From Nitrospinaceae bacterium (GTDB lineage Bacteria; Nitrospinota; Nitrospinia; Nitrospinales; VA-1), in the NCBI GenBank assembly GCA_021604505.1, contig BQJC01000004.1, positions 88,117-152,116 of the forward strand: a stretch of DNA of 64,000 bases, given 5' to 3'. Below the pieces are notes generated by a model, which saw only the letters and a list, made by a program, of their open reading frames with translations, was not told the DNA's origin and did no database searches. The first letter of the stretch is position 1; each line of letters starts with the position of its first letter. Positions 28,310 to 37,338 of this stretch are shown here, one piece after another. A program made the translations under genes and the position numbers.

Positions 28310-30091
28310 TCACGCTGGAGACAGGATGTTGAGGCGTTCCCGAATATCTTCTCTTTGATGATGCCCAAGATACAGCAGGCCGTCTGACAGGGAGTAGTTG
28401 TCCGGGAAGGTCATCACTTCCCGTCCCAGTTTTTCGATGATTTCCTGATACAGTTCCGTGGCTTGTTCCGCCGTCATGCCCACCGTCCCTTCATAGGAAT
28501 ACCCCAGGCTCAAATCCTGATCCGGCGGCGTGTAGATTTTGGTGATATGCCATTCGGCGGGATTCTTTTCGAGGGGTGTGCCTTTTTCCAGGTCGAATTG
28601 CGAGGCGATGCAGGAAAAACCCGGCGAATCGAGCAGTCTCTGATTGTCGAGCACAAAGTTGACGGAATCCATGACTTCTTCCCGCGTCTCAGTGGGAAAC
28701 CCGCAGATCAGGTAAAAATGCATGGCGATGCCGATGCGCAGACATTCTTCCACCGTTTTGTCGACGACCTCCAGTTCAACCCCTTTTTTCATGGAATCGA
28801 GAACGCGCTGGTTGTAGGATTCCAAACCGAAAATCAGTTTCCGGCATCCCGAACGGTAGAGCAGTTCCATCCGGTTTTCCTTCAAGAGACTCTTCTCAAA
28901 CTTCAACTCACCGGTCCACTGAATGTCCAGCTCCTGATCGACGATTTTTCCGGCGAAGGTTTTCATGAAGTTGATGGGCAACGCCTCGTCGGTGAAGAAG
29001 AAATAATTGCAGTTGTATTTCTCCTTGAGGTTTCTCACGTCGTTGACCACATTTTCCGCATAGCGCACGTGAAAATCCATATGATCGAAAGGAATCGAAC
29101 AAAAAGCGCACCGCTCCCAGTAGCAACCGCGTGACCCCATGATCGGCAGAACGCGCTCCGGCGACAAATAAAGATCCAGAGGCAGGCCGTCAAAATCCGG
29201 CGTGGGAAGCGCATTCAGCTCTTCCTTGGCGAAAGGACGGTTGACCTGCACCTTGCCTTCCACTTCATAAGCCAGATTCGGCACCTTGGTAAGATCCTTG
29301 CCGCCTCGCAATTCCTGCACCAGACGTAGGAGGGGCGTCTCCCCTTCGTGCACGATGAAACTGTCGATAAACTTAAAGAGAGGCGAACCGTTTTTTTCCA
29401 GCCGGTCCACCAGCTTGGTGAACACACTGCCGCCGACCGTGATATGAATGTCCTTGCGGTGTTTCTTGACCAGGTGCGCCAGCGTCAATCCAGGGATGAT
29501 CTGCTCAACCGAGGTGATGGAAATTCCCAGGATGTCGATGTCCTTTTCCAGAATCGACGGCAGATACCATCGCTCATAAAGATCGTAGAAATAATTCTCT
29601 TCCGGGTGGTTGAACGAATCGATGATCTCCACAGAAGAATACGGCGTGAACCGCAACTGACTGCCAATGACGGTCAACTGCGATGGGTAATAAGGCGACA
29701 GGATATTGTCCAGCCAGACATCGATGATCTTGAGGCTTTCCATATACCGTTCCAGATCGTAAAAATCCTCCGAGCGCAGAGATTGCTTCGCCGCGTCTAT
29801 CTGATCTTTCAGTGATGGAATGATCTCTTCCGCCTCCAGCAGTTTGGCGTACTTCTCCTGCTCAAATTTATTGCGGTTGGAATTCGCTCTCAGTTCGTTG
29901 AGCTCGCGAATGATACGCTCGTACAACGGCTTGGTTTTCTCCCAGGTGCACAAATCGTCCAGCAGTTCGATCGCCAGATCGCGCTGAGCGACATCGTGGA
30001 TGCCGTTTTTTGCAAGAAACGCCTTGAGGCTGGGGAGACTGAGATAAGGCTGAGAAGGATGCCAGGAAGATGGAAACACCAGATAAATCAT
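28310..30091 (-). CDS. B12-binding domain radical SAM protein
   Basis: PYLSLPSL, GG...T, EGE, SRGCYWERCAFC, GLES....L..MKKG, GFPTET; ATG 30091 fits RBS spacing (TTG 30097 alternative). Confidence 0.9.
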   Translation of the reverse strand: MIYLVFPSSWHPSQPYLSLPSLKAFLAKNGIHDVAQRDLAIELLDDLCTWEKTKPLYERIIRELNELRANSNRNKFEQEKYAKLLEAEEIIPSLKDQIDAAKQSLRSEDFYDLERYMESLKIIDVWLDNILSPYYPSQLTVIGSQLRFTPYSSVEIIDSFNHPEENYFYDLYERWYLPSILEKDIDILGISITSVEQIIPGLTLAHLVKKHRKDIHITVGGSVFTKLVDRLEKNGSPLFKFIDSFIVHEGETPLLRLVQELRGGKDLTKVPNLAYEVEGKVQVNRPFAKEELNALPTPDFDGLPLDLYLSPERVLPIMGSRGCYWERCAFCSIPFDHMDFHVRYAENVVNDVRNLKEKYNCNYFFFTDEALPINFMKTFAGKIVDQELDIQWTGELKFEKSLLKENRMELLYRSGCRKLIFGLESYNQRVLDSMKKGVELEVVDKTVEECLRIGIAMHFYLICGFPTETREEVMDSVNFVLDNQRLLDSPGFSCIASQFDLEKGTPLEKNPAEWHITKIYTPPDQDLSLGYSYEGTVGMTAEQATELYQEIIEKLGREVMTFPDNYSLSDGLLYLGHHQREDIRERLNILSPA

Positions 30092-30294
30092 CAGCAAATT
30101 CCTTTATTTGCAATAAGCGCCATTCGTGTTCACAAATTTTGGAAAGCCATTAACCCGCCGCTCGATGACATGGATTCCAAGCTAAGCCTGGCTCCTGCGC
30201 GCAGGGCGGGTTTGCTCACGACGTGCAACGATTCATTCACGGAACTGAAATCGGTTAATCCAAAAACCATCGCACGTTAATATTAAGTCCAGCG

Positions 30295-30615
30295 TTACGC
30301 TGGCTTGGGAGCCATAAACACCAGCATCACCAATTTTGCGTTCGTATGGTTGACCACACCGTGGTCCTGTCCACTGGGAGCCAGAGTGATTTCATCAGCG
30401 GTCATTTCGCGTTCCACAGTGCCGACGGTCACCTTGCCTTTTCCTTCCAGAACGTAGTAAACCTTGTCCGGCCCATCATGAGAGTGAATTTTCTGGGACT
30501 GACCCGGTTCAAAACAATATACATCACAAAAGAAATTGTCCGTATCGAAAAGAGGGACCTTTTTTAACTTTTCGGGGCTGAAAGCCACCCGATCTCTAAC
30601 TTTAACAACGTTCAT
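30295..30615 (-). CDS. Cupin domain protein
   Basis: PGQ....HSH....VYYVLEGKG...P.G..HG..N. Confidence 0.85.
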   Translation of the reverse strand: MNVVKVRDRVAFSPEKLKKVPLFDTDNFFCDVYCFEPGQSQKIHSHDGPDKVYYVLEGKGKVTVGTVEREMTADEITLAPSGQDHGVVNHTNAKLVMLVFMAPKPA

Positions 30616-30937
30616 ACCGCCCCGGCGAGTTGGAAATTCTTAAATTATAAGGGATCGGACCCAGGCCACTGCCAGTCATTCGCCTCCCCCTACCCTCACG
30701 GAAACATCTGGAAAACATGCGATTCTGCAAATTTTATCATAGAAAATCCAGCCATCCAACCAAATTGAAATTCAAGGAGTTTTTCCCTCCAATTTTATTG
30801 ACTTCGCAGGCTATATCCACTATTTTTTATAAAAACAATCCTGAAGTTTTTCCGTGGAGAAACAACCCCCGCATCCATCAAAACATACTGGAATGGATCG
30901 GAAACCACGCTTCGGGAATCGGAACATACACTTAAAA

Positions 30938-31015
30938 CGGGACGTAGCGCAGCCTGGTTAGCGTACTTGACTGGGGGTCAAGTGGTCGGAGGTTCAAATC
31001 CTCTCGTCCCGACCA
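30938..31015 (+). tRNA. tRNA-Pro(GGG)
   Basis: Cloverleaf: acceptor CGGGACG/CGTCCCG, anticodon arm CTTGA-CTGGGGG-TCAAG, T-loop GGTTCAAATCC, encoded CCA. Confidence 0.97.
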
Positions 31016-31021
31016 TATAAA

Positions 31022-31057
31022 ACAATGGGTTATCAGTTCATGCTGATGACCCATTGT
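31022..31057. terminator. Hairpin after tRNA-Pro, likely shared terminator with the convergent islet operon
   Basis: ACAATGGGTTATCAG-6 nt-CTGATGACCCATTGT, 15-bp stem with one non-canonical pair. Confidence 0.65.
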
Positions 31058-31096
31058 CGTTTATAGAGTGACAAGTATTAAAACGGGAAATTGGAC

Positions 31097-31867
31097 CTAC
31101 AAGGTTTTTTCAAACAAATTGAGCCCCGTTTTAAAAGCTTCCCGCAGTTGGCTCAATCGTCTGGGGTCTACTGTTAAGCTTTTTGGGTCGAACCAGGGGT
31201 TGGAGAGATATAATTTTCGATTCATTTCAATTTGAATCCAGGGTACCGGATCGTTTCCGTATTTTCTGGTGATATACCCCCCCGCGAAAGGCTCGTTGAT
31301 CGTCACGTCCCCTGCTTTTAAGTGAAAACCTTCCTGAAGGCATTCAGCTAATTTTTGCACCCACTCATCGGAACAACTTTTTCCATAATTATTTCCCAGG
31401 CAAATAAGAGGACGCTCTTTCCCACTATCGGGAGCGATGGGAGGGCCAACAGGCTCCATGGTATGACAATCCAGGCCTAATTTGATCCCGGAATGGGTGT
31501 TCAACAACTCCCGGATTTTTTTGTGGTAAGGGTCGTGGTATTTTTGAATCAGTTCCTCACCGATTGTTTCGTCGAGCAACAACCCAGGAGAATAGATCGG
31601 CTGGCCATGGCAGGTTTTGGTTTTGACAATGCCGTCCGGGTTTTTGGGAGGCCGGTCTGAAGTTTCACGGTTCAAATCGACAAACGCTCTGGCGATGTCC
31701 GTTTCGATAAAAGCCTGAACTTCATCGCGGATCCCGTAGATCTCCCGGGTGAAGGCATCCCCATCCTCAAACAAATCCTTCTGCGTGATACAAACCCGAT
31801 CGGAAATTTCTTGGGGAGTTTTTGTTCCCCCATGGGGAATAGAGATCAGAAATGGAAGTTTAGCCAT
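31097..31867 (-). CDS. N-formylglutamate amidohydrolase family protein
   Basis: ISIPHGG..P, D.FT..IY, ARAFVDLNR, Y..PYH, LDCHTM, N.PFAGGYIT, IQIEMNRKLY. Confidence 0.88.
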   Translation of the reverse strand: MAKLPFLISIPHGGTKTPQEISDRVCITQKDLFEDGDAFTREIYGIRDEVQAFIETDIARAFVDLNRETSDRPPKNPDGIVKTKTCHGQPIYSPGLLLDETIGEELIQKYHDPYHKKIRELLNTHSGIKLGLDCHTMEPVGPPIAPDSGKERPLICLGNNYGKSCSDEWVQKLAECLQEGFHLKAGDVTINEPFAGGYITRKYGNDPVPWIQIEMNRKLYLSNPWFDPKSLTVDPRRLSQLREAFKTGLNLFEKTL

Positions 31868-31870
31868 TAT

Positions 31871-33502
31871 TCATGGCCCTTGCGCCGTACCGTCACGCCT
31901 GATTTCGGCAACGCCTTGAAACTGATCTTTGGTCTGGCATTTGAGGACGGCATGAATGGCGCCAAGATAAAAAGAGTAGGCTTCCCTGCGATCAATTTTA
32001 TATCCCACCTGTTCAAGATACCGGATGACCTCGGCGTCAAATCTCTCCGCTTCAATACTCAATTTTCCTCCCACGGTGCAGTGAAACCTGGGTTTTTCCA
32101 TGGCTTCGTCAATGGAAAGATCGGAGTCCACAATATGGGAAAGAAACTGACTCATCGATGAAAAGATACGCTCACTTCCAGGGCTTCCCGCAACCAGCCA
32201 GGGTTTATCCTTGTAAAAGGCGATTATAGGAGCGACCGAACTCCAGGGAATGGCGTTGGGTCTTAAGTAGTAGGGATGAGAAGGGTCAAGCGTGTCGAGA
32301 GAGCTCATATAATTGTTGTATAGAAAGCCCAGGCCCCGTCCCGCTACTTTTGCTCCATAAACCAATTCAATAGACTGAGTAATACCGATGGCGTTGCCTT
32401 CCTTATCCATGACCGAAAGATGCGTGGTGTCATTGGCCAAAGAAAATAATTCCGTCAAGGGAAGAGAGGGGTCGATTCCATCTCGAATGGTGGAAGAAAG
32501 ATTTCTGGCAAACGACTGACTCAGAATTTTTCTATCATCCGGTAATTGCGGATAGATGTTTGGATCGAAAGGACGTTCTTTATGATTCAACAGCCCCTTT
32601 CTAAAAATCTCCGCCATGAAATGATAGGCCTGCGCGCTTCTACTCTTCAATACTTTGGAAGGCAGGTTTTTTAAAATTTGCAAAACCAGTAACAACGTTC
32701 TACCTGCCCCGGGAGGCGGGCTGGTAAACACCTTGATCTTCCGGTAATTTCTGCTGATCGGTTTTCTTTCAACCGGCCAGGGAATCAAGGCCAGGTCTTC
32801 AGCGCGTAAAAACCCTTCGTGAAACCGCATATCCTCATCAATGCGTTTCGCAATATCCCCCGTGTAAAATGATTTCACCCCGTGCCGGGACAGATGCTCC
32901 AATAACTGCGCCAGGTCTTCCTGTACAAATCGCTCTCCCACAGGATAAGGGGTTTGACCGTCTTTTAAAAAGTATTTGGCTCCCGACAGAGAATCCATGA
33001 GCAGGAAGTTGTCAGTTTCCCGGATTTGCAGATCATGCTGAAGTTGGGTGATCGCGTACCCTTCACGGGCGATACGAATCGCCGGCTCCAAAATTTGTGA
33101 CCATTCCAGTTTTCCATAACGAAAATTCAAATGGCCAAGAACAGCAGGGGTGCTGGGAACGGTCGTGGCCTTATAACCTCGGAACCTTTGGGTCTTCTTA
33201 TCAATGCGGTCCATATGAGCAAGAGAAGGAACGCGGCTCGAGCCATCCAAAGCAATGGTCCTTTCATCGATATGCAAAATAGCCATGGACTGGCCTCCAA
33301 GGCCGCTGGCTTGCGGCTCACACACGCTCAATGCAAAAGCGGCGGCGCAGGCGGCATCAATGGCATTGCCGCCTCTGCGAAGCATTTCCACCCCCGCTTC
33401 CGTCGCTTCAGGAAAAGCGGTGGAGACCATGCCTCCTGACGAGGTGGCGCATTTTCCATCTTCCGTGGGAGAAAAACTACTTTCAATATTATCCAGTTTC
33501 AT
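31871..33502 (-). CDS. ggt: Gamma-glutamyltransferase (Ntn hydrolase)
   Basis: GGNAIDAA, EP.ASGLGG, VPS, TTHLSV.D..GN (catalytic Thr), G.G.L.NN, GSPG. Confidence 0.9.
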   Translation of the reverse strand: MKLDNIESSFSPTEDGKCATSSGGMVSTAFPEATEAGVEMLRRGGNAIDAACAAAFALSVCEPQASGLGGQSMAILHIDERTIALDGSSRVPSLAHMDRIDKKTQRFRGYKATTVPSTPAVLGHLNFRYGKLEWSQILEPAIRIAREGYAITQLQHDLQIRETDNFLLMDSLSGAKYFLKDGQTPYPVGERFVQEDLAQLLEHLSRHGVKSFYTGDIAKRIDEDMRFHEGFLRAEDLALIPWPVERKPISRNYRKIKVFTSPPPGAGRTLLLVLQILKNLPSKVLKSRSAQAYHFMAEIFRKGLLNHKERPFDPNIYPQLPDDRKILSQSFARNLSSTIRDGIDPSLPLTELFSLANDTTHLSVMDKEGNAIGITQSIELVYGAKVAGRGLGFLYNNYMSSLDTLDPSHPYYLRPNAIPWSSVAPIIAFYKDKPWLVAGSPGSERIFSSMSQFLSHIVDSDLSIDEAMEKPRFHCTVGGKLSIEAERFDAEVIRYLEQVGYKIDRREAYSFYLGAIHAVLKCQTKDQFQGVAEIRRDGTAQGP

Positions 33503-35691
33503 AAATCGAAATTCTTGGAAGATTGATAAATGAGGTAAGCAAGAAGAACGCCCCGGTCAATGAGGCTGTCGCGAACGACGTGCTCGTTATTGGAGCCATA
33601 AGCGCCTGTAACCGGACCAAATCCATCAAGAGCCGGAACACCCTCTGCTACATTTGCCATATAGGAAACCATACTGTTCTCAGATTTTTTAACCCTGACT
33701 TCCAGTAACTTAGCCATTTTTTTGATCTTCTCGAAAAACTTAAGATTTTTTTCGGTTTCCAAAAAGGGCTTTCTTTGCGCTCCCTTGGTGACATGGACCT
33801 TGATGTTATCTTGCGGTTTGGCGGCAAATATCAGATTGACCTGCTCCCCCAGCCTTTTTCTCTGGTCTAACGTACGATAGCGGATGACAAATGATAATGC
33901 GGCATGATAGGTGGGCTGGTCTTCCATTCCCTTCGTCTGCAATCCTGTTATGGTGGTAAAAATTCCATCCTGCTCGGAATTTAATTTCCTCAACGCGTTA
34001 ATTTTTTGAGACGAAAAAAGTATGGGGTCGCTGACCTCAGAGGAAGATTTTAAACCCTGCTTATTCTGTGTCCGGTTGATTTCAATCTCATACCTTAAAG
34101 TCCCGGAGCAGGATGTCATGATCTCGCCACTCAAACCCGCGCCCCTCAATCCAACGACATAATTCGATTTTTTAGAAAGCTCCTCAATGACCGGCTTCGA
34201 GGACCGCTCGCCCATCGATTCATCCGTAATCAACAGGATTCCACACTTGACCCTTTTTAAGGTCCGCGTGTACCGCAATGCTTTAATAGCGCCCAACAAA
34301 ACGGCAATGCCGCCTTTTCCTCTGGCCACTCCGGTTCCGTATAAACGACCCTTTTCCTCATTGAAAGAACTGTAATCTTCAAAATCCACCGGGTTGTCCA
34401 GATTGCCAACCACAAGAATATCGTTGGTCTCTTCCATGTGATTGGTAAGATACAGAATATTTCCGAATTCCGCCCGTGAATACACTTGACGATGAAATCC
34501 AATAGCACTCAATTTATTGGCAACCCAATGGCCCAGGGAATTGATGCCCTCGATATTTTGCACAAAGGAGTTAATATCCACCATCTTCTCAAGGTCATCT
34601 TCCATGGTTTGAAGGTTTCCACGCAGATGACTTCTCAAGCGAATCCGAAGCGGGTCCTTTTTGGTTTTCGTTTCAGGCTCTTCAACAGCTATTTGATCTA
34701 TTTGCTGACCGCCAAAATAACGTTCCACCGCCACATCCAGCATTCTGTTCACCATGGAATCATAAGTGTAGCCTGCTACCTTGGCGGCATGAACATAAGA
34801 GCCGGTCCGGCCAAGACTGGCCATCGAGTTCAACTCCAGAATATATAAGTTTCCGTCCTTATCCATGCGAAAATCCACCCGGCAAAAATCATAAATCCCC
34901 AGAACACGGAATGTCTCCTTGGTCAAACGGCGAATTTCTTCACTCACTTTTTCATCGATCTGGGATGGGCATATTTTCCCCTTAGGTTTTTTAAGCTTGT
35001 CTTCAAGGCTTTGAATCGCGTCCGGGTCCCCTTCGAGATCAATTTCCAATACAGGGAAAATCTCAGGATCCCGGTTGCCCAATAATCCCACCGCAAACTC
35101 CCTTCCAGGAATGAACTGTTCGACTAAGATAGGCTGTTTAAACTGCTCTACCAGATCGGCGATAGCCGTCTTTAAAGAAGGCAGGTCGTGGATGACCTGG
35201 ATGCCCATAGAAACCGCTTCCATCTTTGGCTTGGTGATCACGGGAAACGGCAAATCATCGGGGATCTGTTCGGCGTCATAAAAAACCCAGTACGGCGCTG
35301 TGGGGAGTCCTGCCGCGTGGATCATTACTTTCGTGGTGACTTTATCAAGCGCCACCCCATGACCCGCGGGACTCGACCCCACATAGGGGACCCCAAGCAT
35401 TTCAAGCAGGGAGGGGATATGGGTATAACGGCTGACTCCCTGAATACCGTATGCCATGTTAAAAACCATGCCGGGTTGTTCCCCTTGAACGACCCGCGGC
35501 ATAAAATCCTGCAGTTGCTCGATGACATTGATGTTTCCATCAATGACGCGTACGTTGTGGCCGCCTTTTTCTAAGGCGGATGCAACCATCTCAACTGTTT
35601 TCGGGTTATAAGTTTCCTGATTCTGCATTCCAAAAACGTTGAGGACGCCTTCATTATCTTTAGGTTTATTGTAAATGACCGCGACTTTCAT
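33499..35691 (-). CDS. D-Ala-D-Ala ligase-like ATP-grasp domain fused to a degenerate M20 peptidase domain
   Basis: PYVGS, ALDK, KP..E..S.GI, VEQFIPGREF, RVDFR, ILELN; C-terminal half follows M20/carboxypeptidase G2 layout (GRLYG.GV..KGG, TDE..G, LDGFGP). Confidence 0.85.
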   Translation of the reverse strand: MKVAVIYNKPKDNEGVLNVFGMQNQETYNPKTVEMVASALEKGGHNVRVIDGNINVIEQLQDFMPRVVQGEQPGMVFNMAYGIQGVSRYTHIPSLLEMLGVPYVGSSPAGHGVALDKVTTKVMIHAAGLPTAPYWVFYDAEQIPDDLPFPVITKPKMEAVSMGIQVIHDLPSLKTAIADLVEQFKQPILVEQFIPGREFAVGLLGNRDPEIFPVLEIDLEGDPDAIQSLEDKLKKPKGKICPSQIDEKVSEEIRRLTKETFRVLGIYDFCRVDFRMDKDGNLYILELNSMASLGRTGSYVHAAKVAGYTYDSMVNRMLDVAVERYFGGQQIDQIAVEEPETKTKKDPLRIRLRSHLRGNLQTMEDDLEKMVDINSFVQNIEGINSLGHWVANKLSAIGFHRQVYSRAEFGNILYLTNHMEETNDILVVGNLDNPVDFEDYSSFNEEKGRLYGTGVARGKGGIAVLLGAIKALRYTRTLKRVKCGILLITDESMGERSSKPVIEELSKKSNYVVGLRGAGLSGEIMTSCSGTLRYEIEINRTQNKQGLKSSSEVSDPILFSSQKINALRKLNSEQDGIFTTITGLQTKGMEDQPTYHAALSFVIRYRTLDQRKRLGEQVNLIFAAKPQDNIKVHVTKGAQRKPFLETEKNLKFFEKIKKMAKLLEVRVKKSENSMVSYMANVAEGVPALDGFGPVTGAYGSNNEHVVRDSLIDRGVLLAYLIYQSSKNFDL

Positions 35692-35708
35692 CTAGTTTTC
35701 CTCGAATA

Positions 35709-36437
35709 TTAAAAGGTCCATTCCATCACTTCCAAATGCTCTCTAAGCTGGGACACTGTTTTGAATTTTTTCACAATCATACTCTTTTTAAGGCCGCAAC
35801 AGATATATTTAATTGCCTGCGGATGCTTGGAATAATTTTTGCTTCCGCCTAAAACTTCATAGAAAATATTAATCAATCCAATCAAATCATCCCTAAGAAA
35901 CTCAGGTCGAGCGGCTCCATAGTGAAATAAATCTAAAAGCTTGAGTTCGAAGTTGAGACCAAATTTATTGACAATAATATTATCGCTGTGCAAATCGCCG
36001 TGATATTCATTTCTAAGATGAATTTCCTCAATTCCCTTTGCCAAAGCATGCAAAAGATGCAGGGCTTTATAGGGGTCCAGTTTCTTCCCCGGAAAATTAA
36101 GAAGAAATTCCGACAACAGAACTCCTTCCACATATTCGGAAACTAAAACAGTGACGGGAAATTTATGATAGATGATTTCCTCTTGAGTGTGATACTGGAT
36201 GAGCAAAGAGCATTGGCGTAGTTTGTGTAATTTCTGGGCATATCTTTTTGCGGATTTACCCCGCAGGTTCCTTTGCGGATAAAATAATTTTGCCGCTTTT
36301 TCAATTCCAGTTTTAACTTCATAAATTTTATAAACTTCTCCCTCCCAGCCAGAACCCAACCTGGAAAGGACCTTGTATTTTCCAGCAATGGACTTGCCAG
36401 CAGGCAAATTGAATTCTGTTATTTTTGAAGGGTTCAT
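35709..36437 (-). CDS. Small Ser/Thr protein kinase-like protein
   Basis: LGSGWEGEVY, AAK, SEYVEG, HGDLHSDNI, LKLLD. Confidence 0.85.
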   Translation of the reverse strand: MNPSKITEFNLPAGKSIAGKYKVLSRLGSGWEGEVYKIYEVKTGIEKAAKLFYPQRNLRGKSAKRYAQKLHKLRQCSLLIQYHTQEEIIYHKFPVTVLVSEYVEGVLLSEFLLNFPGKKLDPYKALHLLHALAKGIEEIHLRNEYHGDLHSDNIIVNKFGLNFELKLLDLFHYGAARPEFLRDDLIGLINIFYEVLGGSKNYSKHPQAIKYICCGLKKSMIVKKFKTVSQLREHLEVMEWTF

Positions 36438-36643
36438 TTCAACAGGTCAATGAAAAAAGATCATGTTGAAATATATCACTCCAAATACCTGCGGAATCAA
36501 AATAATCTAATATTTTTTGTCAGCGTAACAAATCGACTCTATTTTCCATTCACCTGTAACCCATAGCGCAATTAACAAATTAAGGATAAAATTTTCAATA
36601 TTTTCCCTCGTATCGGGAAATGGGGCGGTATTATTGGGAGACG

Positions 36644-36678
36644 AGTGGCCTTCAGTTCAAATCTTCTCGTCTCGAACC
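36644..36678 (+). repeat. Degenerate direct repeat of the tRNA-Pro 3' half (attR-like)
   Basis: AGTGG......GTTCAAATCtTCTCGTCtCGA vs tRNA AGTGG......GTTCAAATCcTCTCGTCcCGA. Confidence 0.6.
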
Positions 36679-36829
36679 TAAAGGGCGGCTTGGAAACAGA
36701 GGATCCACCATTGCTTGTGGCTGATATTGGGGTTATTTTAAAGTATCGCTCAGGAAAAAACAGAAAAATAAACCTTGGAAATATCGTTTCTATTCTTCTT
36801 AAATGATAAGGGCCGCTTTAAGAAAAAAA

Positions 36830-37306
36830 ATGAAAAAAATTAAACTTCCATTGGTTATTTTACTTTGCGGGCTATCCGTTTCTTTAGCCGTTGCAGGCAC
36901 AGATGAAGCACAAACCGCTCCCACTCTCCCCACTTTAAAGCCAACCGTTTCCTTAAACACCCCTAAGGAAATGCAAAAGAATCCCGATAGGCCGAAAATA
37001 AGCCAGGATTTGCTGAACCTCTACAAAACCTATCAAGCACAGAATGACCGCTCAAACGGCAGGAAAACAAACGGAAGCCTGGAACAGCCAATGCTTCCGG
37101 TTTCTGACGGGTTTGTGACCATCGACGCCATCGCGTCGAATGATACCAAGGCCCTGAAAACCGATATGGAGACATTGGGTTTAAAAAACTCCGCCAGCTT
37201 TGGGCGTGTGGTTTCCGGCCTTTTCCCCATTTCCCAAATCTCTAAGCTCTCCGACTTGAAGAGCCTGAAATATGTCAGAGCTTCTTCAGCAATAACCCAC
37301 AACTGA
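36830..37306 (+). CDS. Secreted stand-alone subtilase prodomain (propeptide/inhibitor-like)
   Basis: Signal peptide MKKIKLPLVILLCGLSVSLAVA; C-terminal 72 aa align ungapped with the prodomain of the neighbouring giant protease (33 identities by hand). Confidence 0.75.
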   Translation: MKKIKLPLVILLCGLSVSLAVAGTDEAQTAPTLPTLKPTVSLNTPKEMQKNPDRPKISQDLLNLYKTYQAQNDRSNGRKTNGSLEQPMLPVSDGFVTIDAIASNDTKALKTDMETLGLKNSASFGRVVSGLFPISQISKLSDLKSLKYVRASSAITHN

Positions 37307-37338
37307 GCTTTTAAGAAAACGTTTTTTGATATTTGGAG

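Larger units (their letters stand above)
31016..36678. mobile_element. Relic genomic islet integrated at the tRNA-Pro 3' end (no integrase)
   Basis: Bounded by tRNA-Pro and a degenerate repeat of its 3' end at 36644-36678; AT-richer kinase end. Confidence 0.5.

Noticed and set aside
33499..35691. Housekeeping ddl for peptidoglycan
   Set aside because: Lacks the N-terminal GG.S.E motif and HG..GEDG, is fused to an M20 domain, and has no mur/fts context
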